The notes: generated by a model from the letters alone, not told the origin. A stretch of DNA of 64,000 bases from Candidatus Spongiisociaceae bacterium (GCA_965262915.1 OZ253564.1:2048001-2112000); one strand, 5' to 3'; shown: positions 26,344 to 41,833, counted from the first letter of the stretch. Numbers and translations: made by a program.

Positions 26344-26952
26344 CTATCGCGGTGACCGATCCGGATCCCACCGGTTCCAGTGGATCACCTCGCTGCCGGG
26401 GTGCCACCCGCGCTTCAACGATCCGGAGCGGCGGTCCGGTGCGGCGTGACCTACCGTCACCACGCCGATCGGCGTGTACTCGTCGGGGATACCGAGCAGG
26501 TCCCTCAAGCCGGGGACGGCGTGGATGCCGAGGAAGCCCGCCGCCAGGCCTTCGTTCACCGCGGCCAGGAGCAGGTTCTGGAGCGCGGCGCCGGCGTCCA
26601 CCCACCAGTAGGGCACCGGCCACTCGATCTCGCGGCCGTCCACCAGCTTGTCTGCCTCCCGGTAGCGACGCCGGTAGGCGGCCTCCGAGGCGCACACGGC
26701 GATGTGGGCCGGGGCCCGGCTGATCCATGGATCGAACCCCGCCTCGACGTAGGAGGTCTCGCCGGCCAGCTCCGCGATGGCCTTGCGGTCGGTCTCCTCG
26801 GTGACCACGACGAATGCCTGACCCTGGGCGAAGCCGGCACTGGGCGTTCGCCGCCCGGCTTCTACGATCCGGACCAGTACCGTCCGGTCGACCGGTTCTC
26901 CGGTGTAGTTGCGCACCATCCTGCGCCGGGCCAGGGCATCGCTGAACTCCAT
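26344..26952 (-). CDS. nitroreductase family protein
   Basis: RRRMVRNY, PSAGFAQ, DAGAALQNLLLAAVNEGL. Confidence 0.9.
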   Translation of the reverse strand: MEFSDALARRRMVRNYTGEPVDRTVLVRIVEAGRRTPSAGFAQGQAFVVVTEETDRKAIAELAGETSYVEAGFDPWISRAPAHIAVCASEAAYRRRYREADKLVDGREIEWPVPYWWVDAGAALQNLLLAAVNEGLAAGFLGIHAVPGLRDLLGIPDEYTPIGVVTVGHAAPDRRSGSLKRGWHPGSEVIHWNRWDPDRSPR

Positions 26953-26980
26953 CGCGCCGACGGTAGCCGTTCCGGTCCGC

Positions 26981-28354
26981 TCAGGCTTCGCGTACCGCTC
27001 TGGCCAGCTTGTCGAGAGCCGCCCTGGCGTCGGCGAAGAGCATCAGGGTGGAGTCCATGTAGAACAGCGGGTTGTCGATCCCGGCGAAACCGGGGGAGAG
27101 GCTTCGCTTGATGACGATGGTGGTGGTAGCCCGGTCGACATCGAGAATCGGCATCCCGTAGAGGGGAGAGGAAGGATCCTCCCGGGCGGCGGGGTTCACG
27201 ACGTCGTTGGCGCCCACCACCAGTGCCACGTCCGTACGGGGGAAGTCGTCGTTGATCTCGTCGAGGTCGAGCAGCTGTTCGTAGGGTACGTCGGCTTCGG
27301 CGAGGAGCACGTTCATGTGGCCCGGCATCCTCCCGGCGACCGGGTGGATGGCGTAGCGCACCTCCACCCCTCGTTCCGCCAGCCGGTCGGCCAGCTCGCG
27401 CGCCCCGTACTGGGCTTGGGCCACCGCCAGCCCGTAGCCCGGAACCACGATGACCGAACGTGCGTAGGCGAGGGTCACGGCTGCGTCGTCGACGGTCGCC
27501 CTTCGCACCGGCAGGTCCCCGCCGGCCGTCCCCGGTTGCGCTTCGCCGTTCCCGCCGAAAGCCGCGAACAGGACGTTGCCGAGTGAGCGGTTCATGGCTC
27601 GCGACATGATGGCGGTGAGAACCAGGCCGGAGGCCCCCACCAGGGCGCCGGAGATGATCAGGGCGTCCGATCCGATCACGAAACCGGTGGAGGCCGCGGC
27701 GAGCCCGGACATCGAGTTCAGGAAGGCGACTATCACCGGCATGTCGGCGCCGCCGATGGGCAGGGTGCGGGTCACTCCCAGGAGTCCGGCCAGGCCGACC
27801 AGGACCCACAGAGCGGTGGGATTGCCGGATGCGATCATCCAGGTACTCACGCCGAGTACCGCGGCCGCCAGGACGGTGTCGAACACGATCTGCCCCGTGA
27901 ACAGCATGGGCCGCCCCGGGATCAGTCCTTGGAGCTTTCCGAATGCCACGAGGCTTCCTGTGAAGGTGGCGATGCCGACCACCGTGGACAGGGTGACCGT
28001 GATGGCGGTCTCCACGTCCGGGGCGGGATTGGCGAGGAACGCGGATACCGCCACCAGGCCGGAGGCAACTCCCCCGAACCCGTTGAACGCCGCCACCAGC
28101 TGCGGTATCCCGGTCATGGCGACCCTGCGGGCCAGGAAGGTTCCGGCCGCTCCCCCCACCAGCAGACCGGCGATGATCACCGTGTAGTCGACGATCTCGG
28201 AGTCGAGGAGGGTCAGCACCACCGCTACCAGCATGCCGACCGCGCCCATCAGGTTGCCCGACCGGGCGGTGACGGGTGAACTCAACCGCTTGAGTCCGAT
28301 TATGAACAGGCATGCCGCGACCAGGTAGAGGATCGACGACACCGCCTCGTTCAC
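26981..28354 (-). CDS. pntB: NAD(P) transhydrogenase beta subunit
   Basis: [47 protein letters not shown]. Confidence 0.97.
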   Translation of the reverse strand: MNEAVSSILYLVAACLFIIGLKRLSSPVTARSGNLMGAVGMLVAVVLTLLDSEIVDYTVIIAGLLVGGAAGTFLARRVAMTGIPQLVAAFNGFGGVASGLVAVSAFLANPAPDVETAITVTLSTVVGIATFTGSLVAFGKLQGLIPGRPMLFTGQIVFDTVLAAAVLGVSTWMIASGNPTALWVLVGLAGLLGVTRTLPIGGADMPVIVAFLNSMSGLAAASTGFVIGSDALIISGALVGASGLVLTAIMSRAMNRSLGNVLFAAFGGNGEAQPGTAGGDLPVRRATVDDAAVTLAYARSVIVVPGYGLAVAQAQYGARELADRLAERGVEVRYAIHPVAGRMPGHMNVLLAEADVPYEQLLDLDEINDDFPRTDVALVVGANDVVNPAAREDPSSPLYGMPILDVDRATTTIVIKRSLSPGFAGIDNPLFYMDSTLMLFADARAALDKLARAVREA

Positions 28355-28629
28355 CGGCGGTTCCTCCGGAACATCTCCAGCATCCGGTCGGTAACCAGGA
28401 ACCCGCCCACCACGTTGATGGTGGCGAAGGTCACCGCCAGGAAACCGAGCACCCAGGCCGCGGCGTCGCCCCGGCCGGCCACCAGCAGCGCGCCGACCAG
28501 GGTGATGCCGGAGATGGCATTCGACCCTGACATGAGCGGGGTGTGGAGTTGGGGGGGCACCTTGGTGATCACCTCGAAGCCCACGAAGGCGGCCAGCACG
28601 AACACGGTAATCCCGATCACCAGCGTCAT
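28351..28629 (-). CDS. pntAB: NAD(P) transhydrogenase alpha subunit part 2
   Basis: [27 protein letters not shown]. Confidence 0.95.
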   Translation of the reverse strand: MTLVIGITVFVLAAFVGFEVITKVPPQLHTPLMSGSNAISGITLVGALLVAGRGDAAAWVLGFLAVTFATINVVGGFLVTDRMLEMFRRNRR

Positions 28630-29744
28630 GTGCTCGCCCCGAGTCGGGCAACGACCCTCGGGTGTACCACCTCACCGTCGTGGGTGATGGTCACGCCCAG
28701 CCTGATCTCATCGTCCGGTCCGGGGACCAGTGGGCCGGCCAGGTACCGAACCAGCTCGTAGGCGTTGCGGGCGAGCATTCTCGAGGCGTCGGCGGCAGGT
28801 CGTGAATCGAGACCGGTAGGTCCCACGATCGTGACTCCTCCGGCCTCGACCACCTGGTCGGGTACGGTCAGGACACAGTTTCCACCCTGGTGGGCTGCGC
28901 CGTCCACGATCACCGACCCGGGTCGCATCCGGGCGACCGCCTCGGCCGTGACCAGGGTGGGGGCAGGCTTCCCCGGGATGGCCGCGGCCGTGATCACCGC
29001 GTCGGCCCCGGCCACATGTTCTTCGAGGATCCGGCGCAGGCGGGTTTCCTCGTCCGCATCGAGTTGGCGGGCATAGCCCCCTTGGGTGGAGGCGTCCTGG
29101 GGTTCGAGGTCCAGGTCGATGAACGAGGCGCCCAGGCTCCGTACCTGCTCCGCGGCGCCGGCCCGCACGTCGTATCCCGTGACCACCGCTCCGAGGCGTC
29201 GGGCGGTGGCGATGGCCTGGAGGCCGGCCACCCCGCAGCCGAGCACCAGCACCGTGGCCGGTCGTATGGTTCCTGCCGCCGTCACCATCATCGGGAAGAT
29301 CCTCGTGAGCCGTGAGGCTGCTTCCAGAGCCATGCCGTATCCGGCCACCGTCGCCTGGGAGGAGAGGACATCCATCGACTGGGCCCGGGTGGTCCTCGGG
29401 AGGGTCTCGAAGGCCAGGGCGGTGACACCGGTTCGGGCCAGTACCTCCATACCCTCCGGATCGTCGAGGGGTCGCAGGAGACCGAGGAGCAGGGCGCCGG
29501 GTACCAAGCGGGATCGCTCGGCCGGACCGGGCGGTCCGACGGTAACCACCATCTCGGCTTCCCATGCGGAGTCGACCAGGTCGCAACCTGCGTCGCGGTA
29601 CGCATCGTCGGTGAATCCGGCAGCCGACCCAGCGCCCGCTTCGATCGAGACGCGGTGGCCGTGCGAGATGTAGCGCCTCGCCATGTCGGGAGTTATGGCG
29701 ACCCGTCGCTCCGGACCCCACTGGCGGGGGGCTCCGATATCCAT
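28626..29744 (-). CDS. pntAA: NAD(P) transhydrogenase alpha subunit part 1
   Basis: [38 protein letters not shown]. Confidence 0.95.
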   Translation of the reverse strand: MDIGAPRQWGPERRVAITPDMARRYISHGHRVSIEAGAGSAAGFTDDAYRDAGCDLVDSAWEAEMVVTVGPPGPAERSRLVPGALLLGLLRPLDDPEGMEVLARTGVTALAFETLPRTTRAQSMDVLSSQATVAGYGMALEAASRLTRIFPMMVTAAGTIRPATVLVLGCGVAGLQAIATARRLGAVVTGYDVRAGAAEQVRSLGASFIDLDLEPQDASTQGGYARQLDADEETRLRRILEEHVAGADAVITAAAIPGKPAPTLVTAEAVARMRPGSVIVDGAAHQGGNCVLTVPDQVVEAGGVTIVGPTGLDSRPAADASRMLARNAYELVRYLAGPLVPGPDDEIRLGVTITHDGEVVHPRVVARLGAST

Positions 29745-29791
29745 AGCGGCAACCCCTTCCCTATCGATCCGCTAGACAAAGTCGGCCCGGG

Positions 29792-30851
29792 TCAGGCTTC
29801 CGCCACCGCACGCGCGATCCGGTCTCCCAACCGGTCGGTGGTGGCGCCCATGTCCGGCCCGCCCATCGAGTTCATCGTAGGCACCACCGCGGCCGCCGCG
29901 CTCTCCACGATCGAGGCCGCTTCGTGTTCTCCTAGATGCGACAGGCACATGGCCACCGACAGGACCGCTGCCACGGGATTGGCCCATCCGCGGCCCACGA
30001 TGTCGGGAGCGGATCCGTGGACCGGTTCGAAGAGCGACGGGTAGTCCCGTTCCGGGTTGAGGTTCCCGCTGGCGGCCAGGCCCATGCCACCCTGGACGGC
30101 GGCGCCCAGGTCCGTGATGATGTCGCCGAAGAGGTTGTCGGTGACCACCACGTCGAAGCGCTCCGGAGAGGTGACCAGGTACAGGCACATCGCGTCGACG
30201 TGCACATAGTCGACGGCCACATCCGGGTAGAGGTCGGCCAGTTCGTACACCGTCCGTTGCCACAGGTCTCCTGCGTAGGCGAGCACGTTGGTCTTGTGGC
30301 AGAGGGTCAGGTGCCGGCGCCGGGCCAGCGACTGCTCGAAGGCGAACCGGGCGATCCGTTCCACACCGAAACGCGTGTTGAGCGATTCCTGGACGGCAAC
30401 CTCGGCCGGGGTGCCCTTCCGCAATACGCCTCCCACGTCGCAATACGGTCCTTCTGTGTTCTCGCGCGCGATCAGCATGTCGCACCGCTCGGGAGTGAGG
30501 CCGCTAACCGGAGTGGGCACTCCGGGAAGGAGCTTCACTGGACGAAGATTAACGTACAGGTCGAAGTTGAATCGCAGGCGCAGCAGAAGACCCCGCTCGA
30601 GCACGCCGGGAGGAACGTCGGGCCGGCCCACCGCTCCGACCAGGATGGCGTCGTGGGTGGCCAGTTCCGCCTCCACCGAGTCGGGAAGCACCTCCCCGGT
30701 GGCCAGGTATCGGGTTCCGCCCAGGTCGTAATGGTTGGTGTCCACCGAGAAGCCGCACCGGTCGGCGGCCGCCGCCAGGACCTTGAGGCCCTGTTCGGTG
30801 ACCTCGGGGCCGATCCCGTCTCCGCCGATCACCGCGATCCGGTGGCGCCGC

Positions 30852-30859
<8 letters not shown>
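29792..30859 (-). CDS. leuB: 3-isopropylmalate dehydrogenase
   Basis: [34 protein letters not shown]; follows leuA. Confidence 0.93.
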
Positions 30860-32375
<1,516 letters not shown>

Positions 32376-32430
32376 GGGGTGGCTCCGGTTGCGGTGGTGG
32401 GTGTGTTCTGTGCCGGTGAGAGGCGGGGAT

Positions 32431-32550
32431 GCCTCCACAGCCCTACGCGAGGCCGTGGAGGCCCGCTAGCACCAGTAGCACCCGGAGGCGAACCGGATCG
32501 CGGTAAAGGCGGTCGGGACCGCGTACGACGGGCTCCGTTCGGGGATCCAT
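32431..32550 (-). promoter_or_regulatory. putative leuA leader peptide plus hairpin (LEU-element-like)
   Basis: 35-aa ORF 32550-32443 starting in a TGATG overlap with ilvC and ending LRVLLVLAGLHGLA with two CTA codons; stop lies inside hairpin 32431-32462. Confidence 0.6.
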
Positions 32551-33554
32551 CAGTCGGGCACCTTGGGGGTCAGGAAGGGCATCAGCCCCCGCAGCCGGGC
32601 GCCCACCTGTTCGACCTCGTGACTGCGGTCGGCGGCCCGACGATCTAAAAGGTTGGGAGCCCCTGCGCGCGCCTCGGCCATCCATTGCCGGGCGAACTTC
32701 CCGGAGCGGATGTCCTCCAGGACCTCTCTCATGACCCGCCGGGTCTCGTCGGTCACGATGCGAGGCCCGGTGCTGTAGTCACCCCACTCGGCGGTGTCCG
32801 ACACCGAGTAGCGCATCCACGACAACCCTCCCTCGTAGAGCAGGTCGACAATCAGCTTCAACTCGTGGAGGGTCTCGAAGTAGGCGGACTCGGGCTGGTA
32901 GCCGGCCTCGACCAGCGTTTCGTAGGAGGCCTTGATGAGTGCCGACATCCCGCCGCACAGGATCACCTGTTCACCGAAGAGATCGGTCTCGGTCTCCTCC
33001 TCGAACGTCGTCTCGAGCACGCCGGCCCTCGTACCACCGATCCCCCAGGCGTAGGAGAGACCGAGCCGGCGGGCATCCCCGGTGGCGTCCTGGTGCACGG
33101 CCAGCAGGCACGGCACGCCGGACCCTTCGATGTAGGTGCGGCGTACCAGGTGTCCCGGTCCCTTGGGCGCCACCATCAGCACGTCGAGGCCCGGGTCGGG
33201 GGTGATCTCGCCGAAGTGGATGTTGAAGCCGTGGGCGAACATCAGGGCGTCTCCGTCGTCGAGTTGCGGGGCGATTTCCGCCGCGTAGAGATCGGCGGCG
33301 TGCTGATCCGGAACCAGGACCATTACGACGTTCGCCCACTCCGACACCTCGGCCACCGTACCGACGGCCAAGCCCTCGCCCTGCGCCTCGACCCGGCGTC
33401 GCGATGTGGGGCGCAGTCCCACCATCACGTCCACACCCGACTCGCGCAGGTTGAGAGCGTGGGCGTGGCCCTGGCTGCCGTAGCCGATCACCGCCACCCT
33501 TCGTCCTGATACGACGGTGGGGTCGGCGTCGTCGTCGTAGTAAATGGAAGCCAT
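32550..33554 (-). CDS. ilvC: ketol-acid reductoisomerase
   Basis: [38 protein letters not shown]. Confidence 0.97.
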   Translation of the reverse strand: MASIYYDDDADPTVVSGRRVAVIGYGSQGHAHALNLRESGVDVMVGLRPTSRRRVEAQGEGLAVGTVAEVSEWANVVMVLVPDQHAADLYAAEIAPQLDDGDALMFAHGFNIHFGEITPDPGLDVLMVAPKGPGHLVRRTYIEGSGVPCLLAVHQDATGDARRLGLSYAWGIGGTRAGVLETTFEEETETDLFGEQVILCGGMSALIKASYETLVEAGYQPESAYFETLHELKLIVDLLYEGGLSWMRYSVSDTAEWGDYSTGPRIVTDETRRVMREVLEDIRSGKFARQWMAEARAGAPNLLDRRAADRSHEVEQVGARLRGLMPFLTPKVPD

Positions 33555-33612
33555 GCCTACATCTCCGGGGTCGTCGGCCGGGTACGGTCAGGGCCGGCGG
33601 TAGCGCCGGGCA

Positions 33613-34116
33613 TCACCCCACCGCCTTGAGCCTGCGGGCCTTGGGCTCGCGGCCCATCGCTATCCGGCCCGACTTGACCAGATCCATCAGTCCGAACGGA
33701 CGGATCAACGCGAGGAAGTCGTTCAACTTCATGGGTTTGCCCGTAACCAGCAGGGTCATCGAACCGATCCCCACGTCCACCACCGTGGCGTTGAATATCG
33801 CGGACAGTTCCAGCACCTCGCTCCGCCGGCCCGCGGCCGCCTTGACCCTCACCAGCATGATCTCCCGCTCGATGGAGGAGGCGGGATCCAGCTCGCTGAT
33901 CTTCACTACGTTGACCAGCTTGTGGAGTTGTTTCTTGACCTGCTCCAGTTGCGGCGCATTGACGACGATGGTCATCTTCGAAAGGCCGGGATCGGTGGTG
34001 GGACCCACCGCCAGCGAGTGGATGTTGAAAGCCCGCCTGGCCAGCAGCGAGGACACCCGCGCCAGTACCCCCGGCTTGTCCTCGACGAGGACGCTGAGTA
34101 CGTGCTGTTGTTTCAC
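33613..34116 (-). CDS. ilvN: acetolactate synthase small subunit
   Basis: LSVLVEDKPGVLARV, RRAFNIHSLAVG, KQLHKLVNV. Confidence 0.96.
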   Translation of the reverse strand: MKQQHVLSVLVEDKPGVLARVSSLLARRAFNIHSLAVGPTTDPGLSKMTIVVNAPQLEQVKKQLHKLVNVVKISELDPASSIEREIMLVRVKAAAGRRSEVLELSAIFNATVVDVGIGSMTLLVTGKPMKLNDFLALIRPFGLMDLVKSGRIAMGREPKARRLKAVG

Positions 34117-35813
34117 AGGTCCTCCGGTCCGGTGAGCACGATGTCGTTGGACCCTCCGGCGGGGACCATGGGAAACACCATCTCGTCGCGGTCCAGGACG
34201 AACTCGGCCACCACGGATCGGTCCTCTATCTCGAGCATACGCGTCACCACTTCATCGACTTCTTCGGTCCGGGTGGCGCGGAGCCCCACGCATCCCGTAG
34301 CCTCGGCGAGCTTGACGTAGTCCGGCAGGTGCCGGCCCAGGTCGGACGACGAGAAGCGCTCCCCGTAGAAGAGCCGCTGCCACTGGCGGACCATACCGTG
34401 GGCCGCGTTGTTGAACACGGCCACCTTGATCGGGATGTTCTCCACCGACGCGGTGATCAACTCCTGGAAGGTCATCTGGAAGCAACCGTCTCCGTCGACG
34501 GCGATGACCTGCCGGTCGGGGCGGCCCGCCTTGGCGCCGATGGCAGCCGGCACCGCAAACCCCATGGTTCCCAGGCCTCCCGAGTTAATCCACCGCCGCG
34601 GTTGCTCGAAGCTCCAGTATTGCGAGGCCCACATCTGGTGCTGGCCCACTCCCGACACCACGATGGCATCCGGATCCGCCAGGTCACGCAGGCGGGTGAT
34701 CACGTACTGGGGCTTGAGGGGTCCGTCAGGTTCCTGTTCGAAACGCAGCGGGTGCTTCTGCTGCCAGTCCCTTATGGTCTTCCACCACTTCTCGAGTTCC
34801 GGGGTGGGGTTGTCGCCCCAGCTCTGGCACAGCGCCTCCAGGATGCGCCGTGCATCGCCGACGATCGGCACTTCCGGCACTCTGACCTTCCCTATCTCGG
34901 CCGGATCGATGTCGGCGTGGATGACCTTGGCGAAGGGGGCGAAGGCGTCCGGGTCCCCGGTGACCCGATCGTCGAACCGTACGCCGATGGCCACCAGCAC
35001 GTCGGCCTTCTGGACGGCGGTGGTAGCGGCGTAGAGACCGTGCATTCCGGGCATCCCGAGCGTGTTCGGGTGGCTGTCCGAGATGGCCCCCCTACCCATC
35101 AGGGTGGTGATGACCGGCATGTTGGTCATCTCGGTGAACGATGTGAGCGCCTCCGATGCGCCCGCCTTGATGATCCCTCCGCCCACGTAGAGGACCGGCC
35201 TCTCGGCGCTTTCGATGAGCCGGACGGCCTCAGCGATGCGGCGTGGGTGCGGGTCGACCGTGGGCCGGTAGCCCCGCATCGAGATCGGTCCGGGATCGCG
35301 CCACGTGAAGCGGGCGGTGAGCACGTCCTTGGGCAGGTCGATCAGAACCGGGCCGGGCCGTCCCGTTCCCGCCAGGTGGAAAGCCTCGGCGACCACCTGG
35401 GCGATCTCCTCGGGCCTGGTGACGAAGTAGTTGTGCTTGGTGGCCGGCATGGTGATACCGGTGGTGTAGGCCTCCTGGAATGCGTCGTTACCGACCGCGT
35501 GGGTGGGGACCTGTCCGGTGATCGCGACGATCGGTACCGAGTCCATGAGAGCATCGGCCAGCGGGGTGACCAGGTTGGTAGCGCCCGGCCCCGAGGTGGC
35601 GATGGCTACCCCCACCTTGCCGGTGGCCCACGCGTACCCCTCCGCCATGTGTCCGGCGCCCTGCTCGTGGCGGGCGAGGATGTGGCGGAATCCGGCGTCG
35701 AGCATCGGGTCGTAGGCGGGGAGGATGGCACCACCGGGAATGCCGAAGGCGACATCCACTTCCTGCTGTTCGAGTGACTTGATCAGTGCCTGTGCACCGG
35801 TGATGGCGCTCAT
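34113..35813 (-). CDS. ilvB: acetolactate synthase large subunit
   Basis: FGIPGGAILP, RHEQGA, TSGPGATN, GVGQHQMW, GDGCFQM. Confidence 0.96.
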   Translation of the reverse strand: MSAITGAQALIKSLEQQEVDVAFGIPGGAILPAYDPMLDAGFRHILARHEQGAGHMAEGYAWATGKVGVAIATSGPGATNLVTPLADALMDSVPIVAITGQVPTHAVGNDAFQEAYTTGITMPATKHNYFVTRPEEIAQVVAEAFHLAGTGRPGPVLIDLPKDVLTARFTWRDPGPISMRGYRPTVDPHPRRIAEAVRLIESAERPVLYVGGGIIKAGASEALTSFTEMTNMPVITTLMGRGAISDSHPNTLGMPGMHGLYAATTAVQKADVLVAIGVRFDDRVTGDPDAFAPFAKVIHADIDPAEIGKVRVPEVPIVGDARRILEALCQSWGDNPTPELEKWWKTIRDWQQKHPLRFEQEPDGPLKPQYVITRLRDLADPDAIVVSGVGQHQMWASQYWSFEQPRRWINSGGLGTMGFAVPAAIGAKAGRPDRQVIAVDGDGCFQMTFQELITASVENIPIKVAVFNNAAHGMVRQWQRLFYGERFSSSDLGRHLPDYVKLAEATGCVGLRATRTEEVDEVVTRMLEIEDRSVVAEFVLDRDEMVFPMVPAGGSNDIVLTGPEDL

Positions 35814-35870
35814 GTGCATTTCCTTACGTGCGGGTTGTCGGTGGTGGGAGGGTGTTCCTAGGAGTCCTAG

Positions 35871-35896
35871 ACAAAAGCCCCCCGGTTCGGAGGGCT
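35871..35896 (-). terminator. ilvB attenuator terminator
   Basis: Minus strand AGCCCTCCG-AAC-CGGGGGGCT followed by TTTGT. Confidence 0.8.
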
Positions 35897-35927
35897 GGAA
35901 GCGCACGCGCCGCGTAGCGACGGTGCG

Positions 35928-35963
35928 CTACGTAAGTACCAGGACAGTGCCGCCAAGGATCAT
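35928..35963 (-). CDS. ilvB operon leader peptide MILGGTVLVLT
   Basis: 11-codon ORF rich in Ile/Leu/Val (ATC CTT GTC CTG GTA CTT) just upstream of the terminator; CATACT upstream. Confidence 0.75.
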   Translation of the reverse strand: MILGGTVLVLT

Positions 35964-36048
35964 GGGAGCCCGCAGTATGGAACATGTGGGCCTCGATGTC
36001 AACATTTTGATGATCCGGTGATCGCGATCCTGACGGGTCGCGCTTACG

Positions 36049-37281
36049 ATGGTGGGGATGCGCAGCCGAAGGACGGATGAACTGGCGCAGGTCGTGGCCG
36101 TCGCCAGGCAGGTTCTGGTCGATCTCGAACCGGAAGAGAGACCGGGGAGCCTCACGAAGGTCGCCGCCCAGACCGGACGGAATCTGGTGCCTCCCTTGGA
36201 GAGCCTGCTGCTCGGCGAGATCGAGGATAACGAATGGTTCCGGGAGCAGTTGGCCGAGCGGTTCGAGGGTTCCGTCGAGGCGGACGACCCGCACGAGCGG
36301 GCGGCTGCTCTCTTCCTCTACCGCCCGGAGGGGTGGGAAGGCCACCTGGAGGAGATAAGCAGCCGCTCGGAGAAGTCCAGGCAGTCCGGCCGTATGGACC
36401 GGATGGAGCGGCGAATCAAGAAACTGGAGTCGCAACTCGATGACTGGCGGGACCGTACCAAGCGATTCCGGAAGGAGGCCAAGGAAGCCGCCGCGAAAGC
36501 CGACCAGAGAGTGGCGGCGGCCCGGGCCGAGATGCGTAAGAACCGGTATCCAGATCGCCTCGAGGCGCTCTCCCGAGAGATCCGACGGCTGAAGCAGGAA
36601 CTGGGCGCGGTGGAGAGCGAGCGGGACGAGGCGCGCCGGCGCCTGTCGGACACTCGCAGGGAGTTGGAGAAGGAACGGCGCGTCCGCCGGCCCACCGCGC
36701 CTGCGCTCACCCCGAGCGCCTGGGCCGATCTGGATCCCGTCGGGGCGGCGCTCCTCCTCGACGATGTGGCGGCCGCTCTCTCGCCGACGTCCACCTTCAC
36801 CGATCCGGTGGCCGCTCCGACGGAGGGTCGTCTCGGTCTCCCCAGGGGGACGGCGCCCGACGATCGTTCGGCCATCGAGTGGTTGCTCACGCTGGACAGA
36901 CCCTTCGCGCTGCTGGTGGACGGGTACAACCTGGCGTTCCATGTTGATCCGGCCCGCTTCAACTCCGCGGAGATCAGGCGCCGACTGGAGAACGATCTGG
37001 TTCGCTTGAGGGGCCTGGCCAGAGGCAGGCCAAGGGTGACGGTGGTGTACGACTCGGCCCAGTCCGGAGACACGACTTCCGATTGGCTGGCAGGAGGGGT
37101 AGAGATCCGGTTCACCAATTCTGGGCACAGCGCCGACGACGAGCTCGTGGAGCTTGCCGCCGATCTGGGTGCGTCGGCCGTGGTGGTGTCGAGCGACCGG
37201 ACGGTTCGGGAGCGGGCACAGGAGTCGGGATCGCTCGGGTTGTGGAGTGAGGCCCTGGCCGGGTGGATTCTCAAGAGCTGA
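36049..37281 (+). CDS. coiled-coil plus NYN (YacP-like) domain protein
   Basis: LLVDGYN, VVYD, SADDEL, VVSSDR motifs after a long charged coiled coil. Confidence 0.85.
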   Translation: MVGMRSRRTDELAQVVAVARQVLVDLEPEERPGSLTKVAAQTGRNLVPPLESLLLGEIEDNEWFREQLAERFEGSVEADDPHERAAALFLYRPEGWEGHLEEISSRSEKSRQSGRMDRMERRIKKLESQLDDWRDRTKRFRKEAKEAAAKADQRVAAARAEMRKNRYPDRLEALSREIRRLKQELGAVESERDEARRRLSDTRRELEKERRVRRPTAPALTPSAWADLDPVGAALLLDDVAAALSPTSTFTDPVAAPTEGRLGLPRGTAPDDRSAIEWLLTLDRPFALLVDGYNLAFHVDPARFNSAEIRRRLENDLVRLRGLARGRPRVTVVYDSAQSGDTTSDWLAGGVEIRFTNSGHSADDELVELAADLGASAVVVSSDRTVRERAQESGSLGLWSEALAGWILKS

Positions 37282-37292
37282 GTTCCTTGTTC

Positions 37293-37397
37293 GTATTCGT
37301 TGTCCGTTGCGAATCCCAAAGGATTCAACTTCAGAGCTAGGTTGGCTAGCGGGGGCTTGATGTGGTAGTCGTTCCTGACACCCGAAACAGGTGCTAG
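37293..37397 (+). repeat. left part of a heptamer-repeat element split by IS1380
   Basis: Lead-in homologous to 14235-14324, then CCTGACACCCGAAACAGGTGCTAG as at 45266-45289. Confidence 0.7.
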
Positions 37398-37627
37398 CCC
37401 CAATTCTTCACGTGTTGGGGGGTTAGGGGGGTGAGCTGGTTGGGGGTGGGTTAGCCGGCTTGGTTTTTGGGGGGTTGGCGGGTTCTGGGGGTGTTGGGGT
37501 GGGTATACGGGGGCGGTTTGAGGGTTTGAGGGGGTGGGGTTAGGTGTTAGGGGCGTGGTGGGTTCAGGGTGGGGGTGAACCGCCCCGGGTTTCCCGGAGA
37601 CTCTATTGGTTGGGAGATAATGGAGTC

Positions 37628-40019
<2,392 letters not shown>

Positions 40020-40381
40020 CAATATCTGTCCATTCGCTACACGAACCGGCTCACCGAAGCCGGCATCGAACCATCAGTCGGCTCGGTCGGCGACTCGTAC
40101 GACAACGCCCTCGCCGAATCCGTCATCGGCCTGTACAAGACAGAACTCATCCACAAACGCGCTCCGTGGAAGGACCTCGACCAAGTCGAGTACGCCACCC
40201 TCGAATACGTCGACTGGTTCAACCACCGGCGGCTTCTCGAACCCATCGGAGACATCCCACCAGCAGAAAAGGAGGCCAACTACCATCAACAACAGGAACG
40301 AGTCCAGCTAGCTGGACTCAAGTAAAACACTCTCCGGGAAACCCGGTACGGTTCAGGGGTGGTGTGTGGGGTGGGGGTTGT

Positions 40382-41833
40382 TCAGATGGTGTGGATGTGT
40401 TGGTGGGTGGTCGCGATGAGGGTGGCGGTGGGCCAGGTGGGCGGTATTCGGAGGGTGGTTTGTCGGCTGTGGCGTGCGATGACGCCTGGTATGTGCCATA
40501 GGTTCGGGCGCAGTGTTTTGGGTTTGGCTCGGGTGAGGGGGTGGTGTTTGGGTAGGGAGAGTTTCTGGAACCAGCGGACCAGGGTGTCGGCGAGGGCGAC
40601 TATGTGGAGCCAGAGCCGGTTAGGGGCGTATCTGGCGAATGGGAAGCGGTTGCCGCCGTGGTCTTTGACGCGGGCGATGTGGGTTTCGACTCGGGCGTGG
40701 GCGCGCATGTCGCGGTCGGATTCGGGAGCGGCTGCTTTGCTGTCGGTCCAGTGTCCCCAGTATCGGTAGTCCTCGGAGCCGAACAGGGATCGTTTCGCGC
40801 CGGGGTGGCGGGGTTCGCGTCTGATGACGAGTCGGAGGTCGTCGGGCCAGTTGTAGGCTTTGACGTGGTCGGTGAGTTCGATCACATGGGCACGAACCGG
40901 ATCAGGTTCTGCGTCTTCGGTCCCGTTGTCGGAGCGGACAGCGTCGGGTCCCTCCTCCGGGTTGTCGACCCCTGCGGTGTTCGGGTTGTTGTGTTGGGCT
41001 GGTCTGGGTTGGGGAAGGGCAGGCTCCCAGCGTGGGTCGTCTACGGGGATGTGGCTGAGGGCTTCGGCGATCCCGTCGGAGCGTTTAGCGACGAAACTGA
41101 ACCCGATGTTACGTTTGTGGCATTCGGTAGCGAACGCGGGTCCCGCCGCGGAATCGGCCCGGACCCGGATCCGATAGGCCACCCGCTCGGGGTCGTCACC
41201 CGGCGAATGCCCCACCCGCATCCGGGCGGGCAGCGCCCTGATAGCCGCGTCCAGCACCTCGACCAGGTCAGAAACCTGATTAGGCGCGGCGTTGCCTCGC
41301 CGCAGCCGAACAGCGAGCGGCTCCCCCGTCCAGTCCGCGAAGCAATACATCGGATGGAACCCGTACTTGTAGTTATAGGTCGGCGCGGCGCCCGCCTTGT
41401 TCTCCGAATGCAGCTCATGAACCGACGAATCAATATCCAGCACCACCGTCTCCCCTGCCGGGTAATCAGCCCACACCCGCTCCCGGACCCTGGCCATCCC
41501 GTCGGCCAGCCTCTCCACCAACCCCCCATCCGCTCCGGTGAGGGTCCGGTACAGAGTCGAGTCCGACGCCACCTCACCGAACAATCGGCGCTGGGAACGC
41601 AACGTCTCGATGTCAGTGCAAGCCTCCCCACCCCCGGCCAACACGAGCATCAAATGAACCAGCACCCGGCCCCGATCATGAACCACCCCCGAAGCACCGA
41701 ACGCTTCCGACAAAACCTCGCCCACCCGCAGACGATCCGCGAACCGGCCCAACAACCACAACCCCACATGACCGACCTGGCTGCCACCACCCACCTCGAC
41801 CCTCAACGCCAAACTGCTGTTAGCCTTCACCAT
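40382..41833 (-). CDS. IS1380-family transposase
   Basis: VASDSTLYR, VLDIDSS, YGFHP, LRRGNA, VRADSA, RAHARVETHI. Confidence 0.9.
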   Translation of the reverse strand: MVKANSSLALRVEVGGGSQVGHVGLWLLGRFADRLRVGEVLSEAFGASGVVHDRGRVLVHLMLVLAGGGEACTDIETLRSQRRLFGEVASDSTLYRTLTGADGGLVERLADGMARVRERVWADYPAGETVVLDIDSSVHELHSENKAGAAPTYNYKYGFHPMYCFADWTGEPLAVRLRRGNAAPNQVSDLVEVLDAAIRALPARMRVGHSPGDDPERVAYRIRVRADSAAGPAFATECHKRNIGFSFVAKRSDGIAEALSHIPVDDPRWEPALPQPRPAQHNNPNTAGVDNPEEGPDAVRSDNGTEDAEPDPVRAHVIELTDHVKAYNWPDDLRLVIRREPRHPGAKRSLFGSEDYRYWGHWTDSKAAAPESDRDMRAHARVETHIARVKDHGGNRFPFARYAPNRLWLHIVALADTLVRWFQKLSLPKHHPLTRAKPKTLRPNLWHIPGVIARHSRQTTLRIPPTWPTATLIATTHQHIHTI

